From Octopus sinensis (Eukaryota), in the NCBI RefSeq assembly GCF_006345805.1, contig NC_043014.1, forward strand, positions 7,130,001 through 7,194,000: a DNA stretch of 64,000 bases, given 5' to 3'. The notes under the pieces are model-generated. The model was given only the letters and a program-made list of their open reading frames with translations. It was not told the DNA's origin and made no database searches. The translations under genes were made by a program, and so were the position numbers. Shown here in pieces: positions 36,760-49,112 of the stretch. Position 1 is the first letter of the stretch. Each line of letters starts with the position of its first letter.

Positions 36760-36950
36760 GACACACTCACCGGTAAAATTTCCCCTTTTTTTTCTTATTT
36801 TTATTTTCCTAAAATTTTCATTGCGTCTTGCAACCTTTTCAATAATCTTGACTCTCGAGTTTATTAAAAAGGTTGCAAGACACAACGAAAATTTTAGGAA
36901 AATAAAAATAGGAAAACAGTGGAAATTTTACCGGTGAGTGTGTTACATTA
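36760..36950. mobile_element. Foldback element with head-to-head hammerhead-like U3-A8 motifs
   Basis: CACACTCACCGGTAAAATTTCC and GGAAATTTTACCGGTGAGTGTG arms. Motifs at 36808-36845 (-) and 36861-36897 (+, degenerate). Confidence 0.55.
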
Positions 36951-36996
36951 TAAGGCACAAAAAGAAAATGACTCTCCCCAGACACAACAGAATATG

Positions 36997-37483
36997 CAGA
37001 TCTTTTCGGTTTGAACGGCAGTTTTTAACATAATTTGTAGGTAACTAAACACTTTTAAACTTCGTATACTGGTAGAATGTGTTTATAAAACATCTTTTTC
37101 TCTTGGCTTTATTGAGAAAATTCTATAGTTTGTAAGATATTTGTTGTTGTTTTTCTTCAATTTCTGCAATTTCAACCAATCACTGACGTCTATTGAGGTA
37201 AAAAAAACAACATTCTGTGCCGTATGAATATGTCCCTCGTTTAAGAAACAGATTGGGTTTATTTACATTTGTGAAGAAAAAAGATACCCTGACCCTAACC
37301 CTAAAACAGATTGAAATGCATTTACATTTGTGAAGAAAAAAAGATACCCTTCACCCCACTCCTAATCCTAAGCCTAACCCTAAAACATTGAAATGCAATA
37401 GATCGATACTAGGGTCATAATTATGGGTGACAATTTCATATGACACCGCTAGAAAAAACTGCCGTTCAAACCAAAAAGATCCG
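36997..37483. mobile_element. Non-autonomous TIR element with 6 bp TSD and internal CCCTAA repeats
   Basis: TIR CAGATCTTTTCGGTTTGAACGGCAGTTTTT and AAAAACTGCCGTTCAAACCAAAAAGATCCG. TSD AATATG at 36991-36996 and 37484-37489. Confidence 0.8.
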
Positions 37484-37599
37484 AATATGCTTCAACACAC
37501 GAACTCATATAAAGAATTTTGCAAAACAAATCCAAAACCAAATGTAAAAGAAGAAAACAATTATAATTTTCTTACATTTGCTTCAATGTACATAAATTT

Positions 37600-38040
37600 A
37601 TTACACACATGTGAGTGAGAACACTTTGAGATATTTTTGATATCTAACATATGTTAGATACTGCGAGCGCTGCTTCTGATTGGTCAATCCATGGTGATGA
37701 CCCGAGGTCACGGTGACAGCGCTGCTCCTGATTGGTCAATCCATGGTGATGACCCGAAGTCACGGTGACGGCACTACTTTTGTCATTCATAAGTTACAAC
37801 TAAATGTGAAGAATTTAGTTATTGCGTTAATAAAATATGGTCGTTTATTCGTGTGTAATAAATAAAATACCAAACTCATTCCCTATGGATACCGTATTTA
37901 TTACGAGTGGCTTGTAAACGTATCTAACTTGGTTCGCTCGTTAGATACGTTTACAAGCCATTCATTGTAATAAATACGGTATCCATAGGGAACTCGTTTG
38001 GTATTCTCTATACATTAAACACACAATTATATTTTGAATA
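37600..38040. repeat. Unclassified repeat with a 50 bp CCAAT-containing tandem pair and an about 140 bp hairpin
   Basis: CTGATTGGTCAATCCATGGTGATGACCCGA twice. Inverted arms at about 37868-37938 and 37950-38006. Confidence 0.6.
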
Positions 38041-38081
38041 CATTATCTATCAATATAAGTCTTCAGATTGTTTCACATATA

Positions 38082-38450
38082 TACGGTGCCCCAATAAATC
38101 TGACATCAATTCATCACCTAATAACATGAACAAATTGTCTCAAATTTTAGCAGTATGTCTAGAATTCAATACACTTTAATATATGATCTTCTTTCATATG
38201 TTTTTCTCTTTTCAGAACTAGACATGCCATTTACTGCAACAGAAAAGGCATTTTGTGGATTGAAGTATGACCAAACTCAGTCAAATTTGAATATGCAACG
38301 TGTATTTGTTAGGTTTCATTATCAAGCGTCAACAGGAAAGCAGATTTGGATGTGGCTTAAGAAGTTTCAAGAGGGAGGCTGTTTGTGTCGGAAAAAAAGA
38401 TCTGGACAACCGGCAGTTTCAGAATTGATGGTGAACCAACTTAGGGAAAA
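38082..38450 (+). mobile_element. Tc1/mariner left end and N-terminal HTH fragment
   Basis: TA-CGGTGCCCCAATAA terminus. MPFTATEKAFC..QIWMWLKKFQEGGCLCRKKRSGQP resembles mariner-type N-termini. Confidence 0.7.
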
Positions 38451-38654
38451 ACATTCTCTTTCAGTTCTTTTTAGTACTTTCATTTAATTGTTGGTTTTCC
38501 CTTTTGGGATTGCCATTGTTTTTTTGAACTGTTCTACAACTTTTACTGTTTTCTTTGTCTTTTGGACACATTGCCTGCTTTAGCAGGTGTGTTTTTTGTG
38601 TGAATTCCTCCTACTTAGGGGCAAATTGTATTCCTTCATAGAAAATCTTGTTAA

Positions 38655-38874
38655 CCCTTTAGTGTTTAAACCGGTCATATCCAGCCCAAATATTCTAAAA
38701 GCTTTATATTCAAACTGTCGATATCTAGCCTCTCACACCTAACCTACAATGTCATGCTAAAAATAAACATTCACATCACTGAAACCTCAAAGCTATGAGA
38801 TAATGCATGATTAATTCAAAACAATTTGAGTGAAAAAGTATTACATTTAACAGAGTAATCTGAACACTAAAGGG
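38655..38874. mobile_element. piggyBac-type MITE
   Basis: TTAA-CCCTTTAGTGTT ... AACACTAAAGGG-TTAA. Confidence 0.85.
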
Positions 38875-39009
38875 TTAAACACTCAATACAACATGGAAGT
38901 TGACACCTGCCAATGTGTAATTCCAGGCTGCTCCTTGGAGGAATTGTACAAACAAATGTTACCCTTCCTCCCATTTTGCCAAACAAAGGAAGAAGAAAAC
39001 ATACCAGAG

Positions 39010-39630
39010 AATGACAAAACCGACCTCTGAATTGAAACACAGAACAGCAATGGAAAAATGAACTATGCGTCCATGGCCAGCGTCACTAGCGAAACAGTGC
39101 AGGTCGACCCAGGCAAGCTTGAAAAATATAAAAGCTTATTGCAGAAGGAAGGAGCGAACATGAAGCTGACTCCACAAAAAGAAGTGATATACAATACAAA
39201 ATGCAAAACAATAGTTTACAGAACACTGTCCCTGGCAACAAAGAGGATAGAGATGGCATCTAAGGATGCCATCGAAAAGTGCCTACTACCAATTTGGCAT
39301 GACATAAAATACATGAATAGAAGACGACGCTTTGGCTCAGTTGAGGTGAGATTCGTGTCCGAAGAGAAGGCAAAGGAGCACTCTACATCTCCCTTAAAGC
39401 CAGCAGATCTGGTGTTACTGCCGACTTACCTTGGAAGGCGAACATCGAAAATAAGGATAGAGAAGGTTCCACCAGAAATCAATACGGTGTGGTTGGTGGC
39501 AGCCATACTGCTGAACCTGAGGATAGAGCCACTATCCTCAGGCCACCAGGTTACACCAGCAGAACTGGTAGGGCCAAGGTCTGGAGCTAATAATCCAGGC
39601 CACCCAGAGGGATTTGGAAGAAATACCAGA
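39010..39630 (+). mobile_element. Tx1/L1-type ORF1 fragment from a divergent family
   Basis: FVSEEKAKEHSTSPLKPADLVLLPTYLGRRTSKIRIEKVPPE aligns by eye with copy B FHIEELAKRFSTLTLHSDELTLIPSYRGQKVTKITLNNVP. Confidence 0.7.
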
Positions 39631-39829
39631 GCAAATAAAACTTCTGAGACCACATCAAATTGCATATTCTTTTCTTCATTGCACCTGTGTATGGTAAAGA
39701 ATCTCTTCTGTATTGTCATAAGGTCTCTTTCAAATTGTGAAAATGGAATGTAATTGGTGTTTGTTCAAGAAAATATATAATATACACACTCACGTGTGGT
39801 GCTCTCTGGATATGCAGTAATGCAACAGG

Positions 39830-40204
39830 AGGTAACTATCTCCTCACAGGATTTAAGGATGGCAACAGATTTCCTTACACACAACTTAGACTTGTTAATA
39901 TTAACTCTGAAATAAGGGGCCCTTGATACAACAGACCATTCAAGAGAATAACTTTTTTATTCCTCTTTAAACCATGTATATAAGAGGCAAGTATAGTGGA
40001 GTTACAATATTTTTTGTTCAAAAACAAATTCATGTGGGCCCTATACCTATCCTTAAAATTTATAGTACTGCCTGTATAAAACCTATCCAAATTACCCTCC
40101 GCTTTAACAATACATTTATATATAGCATTAGTAGTTAGACAGACACCATCAAGGGGACATAAATTAGGGTTTCTGTAATTACAGGATTTACCAGAACCAC
40201 CCAT
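39830..40204 (-). mobile_element. Penelope-like GIY-YIG endonuclease fragment
   Basis: CNYRNPNLCPLDGVCLTTNAIYKC..FYTGSTINFKDRYRAH..STILASYIHGLK. After a frameshift, LEWSVVSRAPY..KLC. Confidence 0.8.
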
Positions 40205-40234
40205 ATCCCTAACAAATTAGCTGTGCATCAGAGT

Positions 40235-40399
40235 TTAACTGTGATAATCTTCAAGGTTGTCCAGATAGGAGGTAACAGAGTCAGTATATTCCAAGATGAC
40301 TGAAGATCCGTCGAAAATTTCTTCTAATTTTATCAACTCTTCAAGAGATTTCTCAACTGGTAACCGATGCCCATCAGAATGGCAAAACACAGCAAGACA
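40235..40399 (-). CDS. ZFAND1: ZFAND1 last coding exon (8 by inferred numbering, 165 bp)
   Basis: TTTTCAG acceptor. CLAVFCHSDGHRLPVEKSLEEL..FDGSSVILEY..YHS* matches the ZFAND1 ubiquitin-like C-terminus. Confidence 0.88.
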   Translation of the reverse strand, partial: CLAVFCHSDGHRLPVEKSLEELIKLEEIFDGSSVILEYTDSVTSYLDNLEDYHS

Positions 40400-40499
40400 C
40401 TGAAAAGAGATGTAATTTATGAATATATACATACACACACACACACACACACATGTATGTGTGAATACATTATATATAAATAGGTACGTGTGTGTGTGC

Positions 40500-40541
<42 letters not shown>

Positions 40542-40542
40542 A

Positions 40543-40713
40543 GGCATAGGAGTGGCTGTGTGGTAAGTAGCTTGTTTACCAACCACATGGTTCCGGGTTC
40601 AGTCCCACTGCATGGCACCTTGGGCATGTGCCTTCTACTATAGCCTCGGGTCGACCAAAGCCTTGTGAGTGGATTTGGTAGACGGAAACTGAAAGAAGCC
40701 TGTTGTATATATG

Positions 40714-40789
<76 letters not shown>

Positions 40790-40990
40790 TGTGTCTGTGT
40801 TTGTCCCCCCCAACATCGTTTGACAACCGATGCTGGTGTGTTTACGTCCCCGTCACTTAGTGGTTCGGCAAAAGAGACCGATAGAATAAGTACTAGGCTT
40901 ACAAAGAATAAGTCATGGGGTCGATTTGCTCGACTAAAGGCGCTGCTCCAGCATGGCCACAGTCAAATCACTGAAACAAGTAAAAGAGTA
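40543..40990 (+). mobile_element. SINE family S2 with internal TA/TG microsatellite
   Basis: Head GGAGTGGCTGTGTGGTAAG..GGTTCAGTCCC. Tail CAGTCAAAT..CTGAAACAAGTAAAAGAG. Confidence 0.85.
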
Positions 40991-41119
40991 AAAGAATATA
41001 CATATATATATATAGACATGCACACACGTATTTGTGCATACATGAGAATACACACGCATGCGTGTAACATAGGTCATACCCCACTCCTTATTCACCAATC
41101 ATGACATCTACTCTCAATC

Positions 41120-42775
41120 ATCATCATCATCATCATCATCATCGTTTAACGCCCGTTTTCCGCGCTAGCACGGGTTGGACGGTTCGACCGGGGTCTGGGA
41201 AGCCAGGGGCGGCACCAGGCTCCAGTCTGATCTGGCAGTGTTTCTACAGCTGGAGGCCCTTCCTAACGCCAACCACTCCGCGAGTGTAGTGGGTGCTTTT
41301 TACATGCCACCTGCACAGGTGCCAGGGGAGTCTGGCATCGGCCACGATCGGTTGGTGCTTTTAATGTGCCACCGGCATGGAAGCTAGCCAAGGCGGAGCT
41401 GGCATCAGCCACGTTCGGATGGTGCTTTTTACGTGTCACCGGCACAGAAGCCAGTCGAGACGACGCTGGCATCGGCCACGTTTGGATGGTGCTTTTTATG
41501 TGCCATCGGCACGGAAGCCAGTCGAGGCGACGCTGGCATCGGCCACATTTGGATGGTGCTTTTTATGTGCCATCAGCACGGAAGCCAGTCGAGGCGACGC
41601 TGGCATCGGCCACGTTTGGATGGTGCTTTTTATGTGCCATCGGCACGGAAGCCAGTCGAGGCGACGCTGGCATCGGCCACGTTTGGATGGTGCTATTTAT
41701 GTGCCATCGGCACGGAAGCCAGTCGAGGCGATGCTGGCATCGGCCACGTTTGGATGGTGCTTTTTATGTGCCACCGGCACGGAAGCCAGTCGAGGCGACG
41801 CTGGCATCGGCCATGTTTGGATGGTGCTTTTTATGCGCCACCGGCACAGAAGCCAGTCAAGGCGGCGCTAGCAACGGCCACGTTCGGATGGTGCTTTTTA
41901 TGTGCCACCGGCACAGAAGCCAGTCGAGGCGACGCTGGCATCGGCCACGTTTGGATGGTGCTTTTTATGTGCCGTCGGCACGGAAGCCAGCGAGGCGACG
42001 CTGGCATTGGCCACATTTGGATGGTGCTTTTTATGTGCCATCGGCACGGAAGCCAGTCGAGGCGACGCTGGCATCGGCCACATTTGGATGGTGCTTTTTA
42101 TGTGCCATCGGCACGGAAGCCAGTCGAGGCGACGCTGGCATCGGCCACGTTTGGATGGTGCTATTTATGTGCCATTGGCACGGAAGCCAGTCGAGGCGAC
42201 CTGGCATCGGCCACGTTGGATGTGCTTTTTATGTGCCACCGGCACGGAAGCCAGTCGAGGCGACGCTGGCATCGGCCACGTTTGGATGGTGCTTTTTATG
42301 CGCCACCGGCACAGAAGCCAGTCGAGGCGGCGCTGGCAACGGCCACGTTCGGATGGTGCCTTTTATGTGCCACCGGCACAGAAGCCAGTCGAGGCGACGC
42401 TGGCATCGGCCACGTTTGGATGGTGCTTTTTATGCGCCACCGGCACAGAAGCCAGTCAAGGCGGCGCTAGCAACGGCCACGTTCGGATGGTGCTTTTTAT
42501 GTGCCACCGGCACAGAAGCCAGTCGAGGCGACGCTGGCATCGGCCACATTTGGATGGTGCTTTTTATGTGCCACCGGCACAGAAGCCAGTCGAGGCGACG
42601 CTGGCATCGGCCACGTTTGGATGGTGCTTTTTATGTGCCACCGGCACAGGTATCAAAACTACTATTTCCATTGATATTTATTTCGATGTTCATGTTCATG
42701 TACTTGACACAATAGGTCTCCTCAAACACAGCGGGATGTTCTGGAAACCAAGGTACTTTAATCCTACACTTCTCT
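41120..42775 (-). mobile_element. RTE 3' UTR with about 20 units of a 67 bp VNTR
   Basis: Period of 67 measured at 41417, 41484 and 41551. Unique flank at 42650-42775 is homologous to 62220-62335. Confidence 0.9.
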
Positions 42776-43224
42776 TAATCTTCATTCTTCAGTCACATCC
42801 TCACCCATTCCGCATCCCTTGCCACCTCAACCAATCATCCACTCCTTTCCAGTCCCCAATCACCTCTACTAACCTTTTACTTTGCAGGATGCATCAGCAC
42901 CCCTACTTTCCAGCTCCACCCATCACTCTCATCCTCTACAAAAATGTTAGTAGCCACACGTTTCACTAGAGCAGGAAACCTTTCCTGGCCTTCAACCAGC
43001 ACAGAGCTAGCTCCCTCTCGGTTTTAGCTCCACCCAGTCAAAAACTATCTTAGACCACACTTAAACTTGATGGTCTTCTTTGCAAGCTGAAAGACTATGT
43101 ACAACCAGCGATAATACGGAAATCACTGATAAGCAGCCTTTATTGCTCAGTATGAAGCGATTGGGGCCCAGAGAAGGTTTTGTATGGACTTCTACTAATT
43201 ACTCAAGAAATTTCATGTTAATTT

Positions 43225-43606
43225 GACGCTAGGAGTGGCTGTGTGGTTAGTAGCTTGTTTACCAACCACATGGTTCCGGGTTCAGTCCCACTGCGTGGCA
43301 CCTTGGGCAAGTGTCTTCTACTATAGCCTCGGGCCGACCAAAGCTTTGTGAGTGGATTTGGTAGACGGAAACTGAAAAGAAGCCCGTCATATATATATAT
43401 ATGCGTTTGTGTGTCTGTGTTTGTCTCCCTAGCATTGCTCGACAACCGATGCTGGTGTGTTTACGTCCCCGTAACTTAGCGGTTCGGCAAAAGAGACCGA
43501 TAGAATAAGTACTGGGCTTACAAAAGAATAAGTCCCGGGGTCGAGTTGCTCGATTAAAGGCGGTGCTCCAGCATGGCCGCAGTCAAATGACTGAAACAAG
43601 TAAAAG
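43225..43606 (+). mobile_element. SINE family S2
   Basis: Same sequence as the other S2 copies. Confidence 0.85.
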
Positions 43607-43634
43607 TAGAAGAGCTGCCATCATAATTACTCAC

Positions 43635-43715
43635 CTTACCATCAGGACGATTATTCTTATTCAGAATGTTATAGTTGTCACTCAATTTGTCGATCACTTT
43701 ACCAACTTTAAGGGC
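43635..43715 (-). CDS. ZFAND1: ZFAND1 coding exon 7 (81 bp)
   Basis: TTTCAG acceptor and GTGAGT donor, phase 0-0. ALKVGKVIDKLSDNYNILNKNNRPDGK corresponds to the GKxID..KNxN segment. Confidence 0.85.
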
Positions 43716-43794
43716 CTGAAATAGAGAATGAGAACTTGTATTTTATGTGCGAATACCAAAAGATTGTTTAGTGTGAAGAAAAAAGGAAATTCAT

Positions 43795-44115
43795 CTCATC
43801 GTCATCATCATCATCATCGTTTAGCGTCCACTTTCCATGCTTGCATGGGTAGGACGGTTCAACTGGGGTCTGGGAAGCCAGGAGGCAGCACCAGGCTCCA
43901 GTCTGATCTGGCAATGTTTCTACGGCTGGATGCCCTTCCTAACGCCAACCACTCCGTGAGTGTAGTGGGTGCTTTTTACGTGCCACCGACACAGGTGCCA
44001 GACGAGGCTGGCAAACGGCCATGATCGGATGGTGATTTTTACGTGCCACTGGCACGGAGGCCAGGCGAGGCTGGCAACGGCGATGTTCGGATGATTCTCT
44101 TACGTGCCCCCGGCA
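43795..44115 (-). mobile_element. RTE 3' tail with 2 VNTR units
   Basis: Same tail as 30150 and 41120. Confidence 0.8.
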
Positions 44116-44126
44116 CCTATATATAT

Positions 44127-44161
<35 letters not shown>

Positions 44162-44650
44162 TACTTATTATATATTGATTATTCATTTTTATACTTTTTG
44201 AGATCTTGTTATATGTTTTATAAAAATATATATTATTTGTTATTTATCTTTTGGTTTATGTCTATCACAGTTGCATAATAGTGGTTTTATCTCAAATTTA
44301 TATTTTAAATATATATATATATATTGGAGGAACTTGAAAACTGTATAATGACAGGAGACTAGGATCTGGCCATATACTCTTTTACTTGTTTCAGTCGTTT
44401 GATTGTGGCCATGCTGGAGCACCGCCTTTAGTCAAGCAAATCAATCCCATGACTTATTCTTTGTAAGCCTAGTACTTATTCTATTGGTCTCTTTTGCTTA
44501 GTTACAGGGAGTAGTTAGGAATCTAAATCGGAGTAGACAGACTCTCACACTTCAGTTTTATATATAAAGATATCGCAACCATTTTGACTAAAATCACTAC
44601 AGAACCAAGAAAAAAAGAGTGTATATATCATATGAAGACCTAGAACATAC

Positions 44651-44850
44651 CTTATAAAAGTAAAGAGCTTTTGACTGCTGTCCACTCTGTTTTGGTAAGA
44701 ATACTAACAAATGTATTCGATTCTCTGAGAGAACATTCTTGTCTCCAACAGCTTTCATCTTCAACTTCATAAGTGCTATCTTTGCAGCCATTTTCTCTGC
44801 TTTAGCACTTGGTTTTGCCTTCCCTTGTGGTTTTGGCTTGGATGCTTTTT
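44651..44850 (-). CDS. ZFAND1: ZFAND1 coding exon 6 (200 bp)
   Basis: CAG acceptor and GTATGT donor, phase 1-0. AAKIALMKLKMKAVGDK..ENRIHLLVFLPK is the diagnostic ZFAND1 motif. Confidence 0.92.
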
Positions 44851-45609
44851 CTGGGGGTTTTGGGGGGTGGAGGGTTAAGAAAAACAAAAGAAAAAAATTT
44901 TTTTTAAGATAGAGATTTCGTTAAAAAAAAAAAAGCAAAAATATGAAAATTAGTCTAAGATGAAAGAAGAAAAAAAAACTAAAATTGAAATATTAAGAAC
45001 AAAATAATTAGAAAATAAATATTAAAAATACACGTTACATTTAAATAGCATTTAAGATGCGTGTTTTCCTCCCAAAACTTACCCCAGGTCTTATATGCAA
45101 AGTTGGGTCTTTATTACATGCTTTAACCCTTCAGTATTCAAATCTCTTTGCCAAATGGACTTACTGCAGTCATTAGACTGCGGCGATACTGGAGCACAGC
45201 CCTGAAGGGTTTGCAGAGCACAGCATTTATATTTAAAACCAGGTACTTATCCCATTGGTCACTTTTGCCAAACCATTAAGTTACGGGGAGCATACACAAA
45301 TCACCATTGGTTATCAACCAGTGCGGGAGGGAGGGGGGTAACACAAAGGCACACACACACACACACACACATACAAGTTTCTTTCAGTTTCCCCTCTACC
45401 AAATCCATTCACAAGACTTTGGTCAGCCCAGGTGTATAGGAGAAGAGCGGGATTGAACTTGGAACCATATGGTTAGGAAACGAACTTCTCACCACACAGC
45501 CAAGCCATCATCTATTAAAGTAACACTTAGTCAAGACTCACATCATCATGCTGGTAAAGGTTAGACCGCTTGACAGGAGCCAGCCAGGCAGTAGACTACA
45601 TCAGGCTTC

Positions 45610-47820
45610 TGTGTCTGTTTGGCATGATTTCTATGGCTGGATGCCCTTCCTAACACCAACCACCCTACAGATTGGACTGAGTGCTTTATACGTGGCACCA
45701 GCACAGACGCAGTCAGTTCTGGCATGATTTCTACGGCTGGATGCCCTTCCTAATATCAACCACCCTACAGATTGGACTGTATACATGGCACCAGCATGTA
45801 TTGGACTTTATACGTGGCACCAGCACAGACGCAGTCAGTTCTGGCATGATTTCTACGGCTGGATGCCCTTCCTAACACCAACCACCCTACAGATTGGACT
45901 GTATACATGGCACCAGCATGTATTGGACTTTATACGTGGCACCAGCACAGACGCAGTCAGTTCTGGCATGATTTCTACGGCTGGATGCCCTTCCTAATAT
46001 CAACCACCCTACAGATTGGACTGTATACATGGCACCAGCATGTATTGGACTTTATACGTGGCACCAGCACAGACGCAGTCAGTTCTGGCATGATTTCTAC
46101 GGCTGGATGCCCTTCCTAACACCAACCACCCTACAGATTGGACTGTATACATGGCACCAGCATGTATTGGACTTTATACGTGGCACCAGCACAGACGCGG
46201 TCAGTTCTGGCATGATTCTACGGCTGGATGCCCTTCCTAACACCAACCACCCTACAGATTGGACTGTATACATGGCACCAGCATGTATTGGACTTTATAC
46301 GTGGCACCAGCACAGACGCGGTCAGTTCTGGCATGATTTCTACGGCTGGATGCCCTTCCTAACACCAACCACCCTACAGATTGGACTGAGTGCTTTATAC
46401 GTGGCACCAGCACAGACGCAGTCAGTTCTGGCATGATTTCTACGGCTGGATGCCCTTCCTAATATCAACCACCCTACAGATTGGACTGTATACATGGCAC
46501 CAGCATGTATTGGACTTTATACGTGGCACCAGCACAGACGCGGTCAGTTCTGGCATGATTTCTACGGCTGGATGCCCTTCCTAACACCAACCACCCTACA
46601 GATTGGACTGTATACGTGGCACCAGTACAGACGCGGTCAGTTTTGGCATGATTTCTACGGCTGGATGCCCTTCCTAACACCAACCACCCTACAGATTGGA
46701 CTGTATACATGGCACCAGTACAGACGCGGTCAGTTCTGGCATGATTTCTACGGCTGGATGCCCTTCCTAACACCAACCACCCTACAGATTGGACTGTATA
46801 CGTGGCACCAGTACAGACGCGTCAGTTCTGGCATGATTTCTACGGCTGGATGCCCTTCCTAACACCAACCACCCTATAGATTGGACTGAGTGCTTTATAC
46901 GTGGCACCAGCACAGACGCAGTCAGTTCTGGCATGATTTCTACGGCTGGATGCCCTTCCTAACACCAACCACCCTACAGATTGGACTGTATACATGGCAC
47001 CAGCATGTATTGGACTTTATACGTGGCACCAGCACAGACGCGGTCAGTTCTGGCATGATTTCTACGGCTGGATGACCTTCCTAACACCAACCACCCTACA
47101 GATTGGACTGTATACATGGCACCAGCATGTATTGGACTTTATACATGGCACCAGCACAGACGCGGTCAGTTCTGGCATGATTTCTACGGCTGGATGCCCT
47201 TCCTAACACCAACCACCCTACAGATTGGACTGTATACATGGCACCAGCATGTATTGGACTTTATACATGGCACCAGCACAGACGCGGTCAGTTCTGGCAT
47301 GATTTCTACGGCTGGATGCCCTTCCTAACACCAACCACCCTACAGATTGGACTGTATACATGGCACAGCATGTATTGGACTTTATACGTGGCACCAGCAC
47401 AGACGCGGTCAGTTCTGGCATGATTCTACGGCTGGATGACCTTCCTAACACCAACCACCCTACAGATTGGACTGTATACATGGCACCAGCATGTATTGGA
47501 CTTTATACATGGCACCAGCACAGACGCGGTCAGTTCTGGCATGATTCTACGGCTGGATGCCTTCCTAACACCAACCACCCTACAGATGGACTGTATACAT
47601 GGCACCAGCATGTATTGGACTTTATACATGGCACCAGCACAGACGCGGTCAGTTCTGGCATGATTTCTACGGCTGGATGCCCTTCCTAACACCAACCACC
47701 CTACAGATTGGACTGTATACATGGCACCAGCATGTATTGGACTTTATACATGGCACCAGCACAGACGCGGGCAGTTCTGGCATGATTTCTACAGCTGGAT
47801 GACCTTCCTAACACCAACCA
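45610..47820. repeat. 122 bp tandem satellite, about 19 units, derived from an RTE-type 3' tail segment
   Basis: Period of 122 (45785, 45907, 46029). Each unit has TTTCTACGGCTGGATGCCCTTCCTAACACCAACCAC, shared with the RTE tails. Confidence 0.92.
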
Positions 47821-47827
47821 TTTGAAA

Positions 47828-48600
47828 TACAGGGTGGACCAAAATGATCTGACACATTTGGAGATTTAATAAAAGCACAAAATAAGAAATAATGAAAAGA
47901 AAAATTTTATTTTCTGAATGTCCATATAATGCCATTTTATTTCATTAAGTTTTTAAAATTAAATCAGCTAAATGCTTCCCGTCGTTGTCAACACACTGTT
48001 GGAGACGTTCATGAAAGTTATCGATAACTCTATGGATCATTTCTTCTGGAATGGTGGAATGTGATTTCTTCTTGTGGGGATATCTAAAATCAAAAGTATT
48101 CAGTCGCAGGAGTGGCTGTGTGGTAAGTAGCTTGCTAACCAACCACATGGTTCCGGGTTCAGTCCCACTGCGTGGCATCTTGGGCAAGTGTCTTCTGCCA
48201 TAGCCCCGGGCCGACCAATGCCTTGTGAGTGGATTTGGTAGACGGAAACTGAAAGAAGCCTGTCGTATATATGTATATATATATGTGTGTATGTGTGTGT
48301 GCGTGTGTGTCTGTTTGTCCCCCTAGCATTGCTTGACAACCGATGCTGGTGTGTTTACGTCCCCGTCACTTAGCGGTTCGGCAAAAGAGACCGATAGAAT
48401 AAGTACTGGGCTTACAAAGAATAAGTCCCGGGGTTGATTTGCTCGACTAAAAGGCGGTGCTCCAGCATGGCCGCAGTCAAATGACTGAAACAAGTAAAAG
48501 AGTAAGAGTCATCGCCCTCAATCTAGTAATGAATTAAAACGTGCAATTTGTGTAGAAATAGCAGCCATTCCAGAAGAAATGATCCAGAGAGTCATCGATA
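47828..48600. mobile_element. Mariner transposase C-terminal remnants in both orientations, interrupted by an S2 SINE at 48106-48510
   Basis: Minus: IPEEMIHRVIDNFHERLQQC.. ending at TA-CAGGGTGG. Plus: DFFLWGYLKSKVFS [SINE] HRPQSSNELKRAI..IPEEMIQRVIDN. Confidence 0.75.
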
Positions 48601-48610
48601 ACCATCCAAC

Positions 48611-49020
48611 CCAGATGATGATGATGATGATGATGGTGATGGTGATGGTGGTGGTGGTGGTGGTGATGATGATGATGATGGTGATGGTGATGATGATGAT
48701 TGATGGTGATGATGATGATTGATGGTGATGATGATGATTGATGATGATGATGATGATGATTGATGATGATGATTGATGATGTTGATGATGATGATTGATG
48801 ATGATGGATGATGATTGATGTTGATCAATGATGGTGATTGATGATGATAATGATGATGATTGATGATGATGATGATGATGAATGATAATGATGATGATTA
48901 TTGATGATGATTGATGATGATGATGATTGATGATGATGGTGATTGATGATGATGATGATGATTGATGATGATTGATGATGATGATGATTGATGATGATGA
49001 TGATTGATGATGATGATGCA
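48611..49020. repeat. (GAT/GATT/GGT)n microsatellite
   Basis: Direct reading. Confidence 0.95.
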
Positions 49021-49112
49021 GCAGCATCATGCATACATACATACATACATAATACGAGAAGAGATATAAACACCAAGCCGAAAAAGCTTATCAGTCCTCA
49101 AGTAACACTTAC

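Noticed and set aside
41350-47820. CRISPR-like appearance of the 67 bp and 122 bp arrays
   Set aside because: No unique spacers and no cas genes. Units derive from LINE 3' tails.
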